DNA of 44,681 bases, from assembly GCA_964466905.1 (NCBI GenBank), contig CAYXOF010000002.1, positions 1-44,681 of the forward strand, written 5' to 3'. The translations under genes were made by a program, and so were the position numbers. The notes below the pieces were generated by a model, which saw only the letters and a list, made by a program, of their open reading frames with translations, searched no databases and was not told where the DNA came from. Source of the DNA: an uncultured Candidatus Saccharibacteria bacterium (GTDB lineage: Bacteria > Patescibacteriota > Minisyncoccia > Phycocordibacterales > UBA918). Below, piece by piece: positions 41,801-44,681 of the stretch. How positions within the stretch are numbered: the first letter of the stretch is position 1; the number at the start of each line of letters is the position of its first letter.

Positions 41801-43339
41801 ATGATTACTGTCGACACACTCATCGGACACCTCTCAAGTCCAAGTAGTGCAGATCGTGCCTTGATTTCCCGTGCCTACGAAACTGCTACCGCGGCACACG
41901 CCAACCACACCCGCTATTCCGGGGAGCCATATATGGCACACGTGGCCGCAGTCGGCGACAAACTGGCACAAATGGGAATGTCTCCACGCACAGTGGCGGC
42001 CGGATTACTCCATGACACCATTGAGGACACCCCACTCACTGCCGAGGATATTAAGCGTGATTTTGGGGAAGAAATATTATTTTTAGTCGAAGGCGTTACC
42101 AAACTTTCCTCAGTCCGCTACTACGGTACTGATCGACACAACGAAAGTCTGCGCAAACTTTTCGTCGCCACAAGCCAGGATATTCGAGTCCTCATTATCA
42201 AACTCGCTGACCGACTCCATAACATGGAGACACTGGCCCATGTCCCGACCGATAAACAACTTCGGATTGCTCGCGAAACACTCGAAATCTATGTCCCGGT
42301 CGCTCATCGGCTAGGGATGGGTAAGATCCGCAAAGAACTAGAGGATCTCGCCTTTCCGTATGTGTACCCAGATGAATATAAGCGTGTCGTCAGTCAACTC
42401 CGCACGAAAACCGGTAAGGCTAATGAGTTACTGGAACGCGAGCGTAAAGCCCTCCAAAAGCGACTGGCTGAATCAGGCCTCCGAGATTTTCATACCTCAT
42501 ACCGAGTGAAGGGGTATTACAGTCTATATCACAAGCTTAAGCGGCGGCAGTGGGATATCAATGATGTGTATGACCTACTGGCGATGCGGGTCGTCGTCGA
42601 CTCGGTCGAAGAATGTTACCGTACCCTCGGGATTATCCATGAACTCTGGCGACCCTTGCCTGGCCGGGTCAAAGACTATATTGCATTCCCGAAACCAAAT
42701 GGGTACCAGTCACTACACACTACGGTCACCACCCAAAACGGGGTCATTCTTGAACTACAGATTCGGACGAAAAAGATGCATCAAGAAGCTGAGTTTGGTA
42801 TTGCATCACACATTATTTATAAACAACCACAGGTGGAGGGTGCGGAGACAAACAGCTCCTGGTTTGCCACCCTCATACCAAGTCTGTTTCGTCCCTTTAC
42901 CTGGCGCCACCGTCCGACCGCAACCGTCGAGAAGAGTAACGAGCTACCGCAGCAAAAAATACCCCGCTGGATTTCACAGATCGGCCAAACCTACACCCCG
43001 AGTGACGCCTCGGCGACAGAGTTTATGGAGGATATGCAGATGGACTTCTTTTCCAAGCGAATCTTTGTCTTCACTCCGATTGGCGACGTCGTCGACCTCC
43101 CACTTGGCGCAACTCCAATCGACTTTGCCTACGCCATCCACTCCGAAGTCGGTGACCGCACCTTTGGAGCAAAGGTGAATAAAAAACTCGTTCAGCTCAA
43201 TACTCCACTAAAGAACGGTGATATCGTCGAGATCGAAACTCGCAAATCTGCTAAACCATCACCAAAATGGCTTGAGTTTGCCAAAACCTCACTCGCCCGT
43301 CGTCGCATCCGGACGGCCATTGGACAGCCTACACATTAA
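41801..43339 (+). CDS. relA: bifunctional (p)ppGpp synthetase/hydrolase, RelA/SpoT homolog (HD + synthetase + TGS, no ACT domain)
   Basis: HD hydrolase motifs (HANHTRYSGEPYMAHV and LLHDTIEDT), synthetase motifs (DLLAMRVVV and GYQSLHTTV) and a TGS domain (VFTPIGDVVDLPLGATPIDFAYAIHSEVG). Confidence 0.92.
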   Translation: MITVDTLIGHLSSPSSADRALISRAYETATAAHANHTRYSGEPYMAHVAAVGDKLAQMGMSPRTVAAGLLHDTIEDTPLTAEDIKRDFGEEILFLVEGVTKLSSVRYYGTDRHNESLRKLFVATSQDIRVLIIKLADRLHNMETLAHVPTDKQLRIARETLEIYVPVAHRLGMGKIRKELEDLAFPYVYPDEYKRVVSQLRTKTGKANELLERERKALQKRLAESGLRDFHTSYRVKGYYSLYHKLKRRQWDINDVYDLLAMRVVVDSVEECYRTLGIIHELWRPLPGRVKDYIAFPKPNGYQSLHTTVTTQNGVILELQIRTKKMHQEAEFGIASHIIYKQPQVEGAETNSSWFATLIPSLFRPFTWRHRPTATVEKSNELPQQKIPRWISQIGQTYTPSDASATEFMEDMQMDFFSKRIFVFTPIGDVVDLPLGATPIDFAYAIHSEVGDRTFGAKVNKKLVQLNTPLKNGDIVEIETRKSAKPSPKWLEFAKTSLARRRIRTAIGQPTH

Positions 43340-44639
43340 AATTTCGGATTGAGTATAAATCATCATCCTCACTACCTGTTTCATTCGCGGTAGGTGTTAC
43401 GGGTAATCCAGAATTAGGAGTATGAGACGGCATACCTGGCTCCTTGGCTAACGGAGTGGCCGGAACTACCGGAGCTGGCACAATTGGCTTTGGTTCAACC
43501 GGTGTTGGCGGTTGTACGTGGACTACCGGGGAAGGCGCGGTCTGTACTGGTGTCGTCGTCTGAGGGTTTCCAAGTACCCGCTGTAAGGCTGAGGCAAGGG
43601 CTGAGACTGGCTTTGGTGCCGGCACTTCCGGAGCTGACTCAACTACGGGAATGGGGGTAGCTGGCGAGACTGCTGAATCAGTGTTTGACGTCGGCATATC
43701 AGACTCCTTATGCTCCGCACTCACCGCTGGCGTTACCTCAAGTGGCGTCGCATCAGACAGCGCGACTGCTGCGGCTGATTGGTCTGTTGGTACTTGCTGG
43801 AATGGTTGTGCGGCCTCTGCCTTCATTCGCTCGAGCATTTGCTCAAGGTCGGCAACGGAGAAATAATCGATCGTCAGTTTTCCGCCAAATTCCGTCTTCA
43901 ATATCTGCACTCGAGTACCGAGCGTCTCAGTAAATTCACGTTCAATGGCAAGTAGATCAATATCCATTGCATCCAGGGTTTTTTTACGCACTTTGTCAGT
44001 CGCAATTGTGCGCACGATTCGTTCTACCTCTCGTACTGACAATTTTTTCAACAGAATCTCCCGAAAGAGTACCTCTTGCTCTTCAGGACGATCATTCAGT
44101 GTCAGGAGTGTTCGTGCATGACCCTCGCTGACATCGCCCTGCCTCAGCGCATCAAGGAGGTACTCAGGCAGACCGAGTAATCGGATCGAATTGGATACAT
44201 ATTCTCGACTCCGACCGACCTTAACGGCAACCTGCCCATGTGAGAGCCCAAACATATCAGCGAGTTGTCGAAACGCTAATGCTCGATCGACTGCACTCAA
44301 ATCCTCACGCTGGAGATTCTCAATAATGGCAAGTTCTAATTTCTCTTGTTCACTTTGTTCCCCATCCCGAATGATCACTGGTACCTGGACGACTCCCGCC
44401 AGCTTACTGGCCCGTAACCGACGCTCTCCAGCAATGAGTTCGTACTCGGAGTAAAATGTTCCATCTTCACGCTGCACCTCCTTACGTGTGACTGTAAGTG
44501 GCTGCAAAATGCCGTACATCCGAATTGATTCAGACAATTCCTTCAGCGCCTCCTGATTGAACTCACGCCGCGGTTGAAACGGATTCGGAACAATTTTTTC
44601 AACCTCTACCCAGTAAATTGAATCATTTTGAAAAGCCAT
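43329..44639 (-). CDS. parB: ParB/Spo0J partition protein with ~170-aa Pro/Thr/Ala/Val-rich C-terminal extension
   Basis: NPFQPRREF, LQPLTVTR, GERRLRASKLAG (CTP-binding box) and the HTH region LSHGQVAVKVGRSREYVSNSIRLL. The C-terminal low-complexity tail reads PVVESAPEVPAPKPV...PPTPVEPKPIVPAPVVPATP. Confidence 0.88.
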   Translation of the reverse strand: MAFQNDSIYWVEVEKIVPNPFQPRREFNQEALKELSESIRMYGILQPLTVTRKEVQREDGTFYSEYELIAGERRLRASKLAGVVQVPVIIRDGEQSEQEKLELAIIENLQREDLSAVDRALAFRQLADMFGLSHGQVAVKVGRSREYVSNSIRLLGLPEYLLDALRQGDVSEGHARTLLTLNDRPEEQEVLFREILLKKLSVREVERIVRTIATDKVRKKTLDAMDIDLLAIEREFTETLGTRVQILKTEFGGKLTIDYFSVADLEQMLERMKAEAAQPFQQVPTDQSAAAVALSDATPLEVTPAVSAEHKESDMPTSNTDSAVSPATPIPVVESAPEVPAPKPVSALASALQRVLGNPQTTTPVQTAPSPVVHVQPPTPVEPKPIVPAPVVPATPLAKEPGMPSHTPNSGLPVTPTANETGSEDDDLYSIRNFNV

Positions 44640-44681
44640 AGCAAAACCGAGTTAGCGTCACCCACCAGAGCGACCTCGTTC

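Noticed and set aside
44640-44681. A possible 3' end of a parA/soj gene upstream of parB (one frame ends in TGA at 44658-44660).
   Set aside because: Only about 7 codons are visible and two other frames are also open, so there is not enough sequence to call anything.
1-44681. A search for CRISPR arrays, rRNA genes, IS elements, integrases, reverse transcriptases/DGRs and known defence-system hallmarks.
   Set aside because: I saw no regularly spaced direct repeats, no rRNA-like sequence, and no transposase, integrase, RT or nuclease-helicase signatures in any of the long ORFs.

Overview
This is a gene-dense bacterial chromosomal segment, roughly 90% coding, with most genes on the minus strand. 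TAA, TAG and TGA all act as stops, so the standard code applies. I support about 57 protein-coding genes, one tRNA (tRNA-Gln, anticodon CUG), one decayed gene and one candidate small RNA. I saw no rRNA, CRISPR array, transposase or integrase.

Layout from left to right:
- 1-6.9 kb: an envelope and glycan block with an HtrA-like protease, a membrane-anchored clan GH-A glycosidase, an EamA-type transporter, a GH1 beta-glucosidase, a PolB-exo-like exonuclease and a YHYH-like protein.
- 7.0-11.3 kb: three ATP-grasp ligases in a tight cluster.
- 11.3-21.5 kb: DsbA-like oxidoreductase, P-type ATPase, methyltransferase, MltG, a receiver-only response regulator, DgkA, an aminotransferase pseudogene, hypotheticals and an aquaporin.
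- 21.6-23.6 kb: a two-gene cassette with Shine-Dalgarno (SD) sites, a GNAT acetyltransferase and a double zinc-ribbon protein.
- 23.6-29.5 kb: a visibly more AT-rich segment. It carries a coiled-coil membrane protein, a 56-aa rubredoxin missing from the ORF track, an OmpR-type two-component system, a divergent ApbE / MsrQ-like / Fre-like flavin-heme redox operon and a CYTH protein. It ends at tRNA-Gln.
- 29.8-44.7 kb: housekeeping genes, namely two histidine phosphatases, dnaX, a D,D-carboxypeptidase, dus, ftsQ, serS, dprA, topA, relA/spoT and parB.

The gene set suggests a small-genome, Patescibacteria/CPR-like organism, but that is inference only.

Most worth a second look:
1. An exact 21-nt duplication of the tRNA-Gln 5' end, with a hairpin-rich spacer and perfect palindromes around the tRNA.
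2. A roughly 200-nt structured RNA between dprA and serS, bounded by its own promoter and terminator.
3. The triple ATP-grasp cluster, one member carrying a roughly 300-aa uncharacterised C-terminal domain.
4. An operon-encoded two-component NOX-like module with a signal-less ApbE and no visible flavinylation target.
5. Pervasive promoter geometry suggesting leaderless transcripts: a -10 box 6-10 nt upstream of the ATG, often with a TGn extension.

All functional calls rest on motif recognition by eye. No database search was run.
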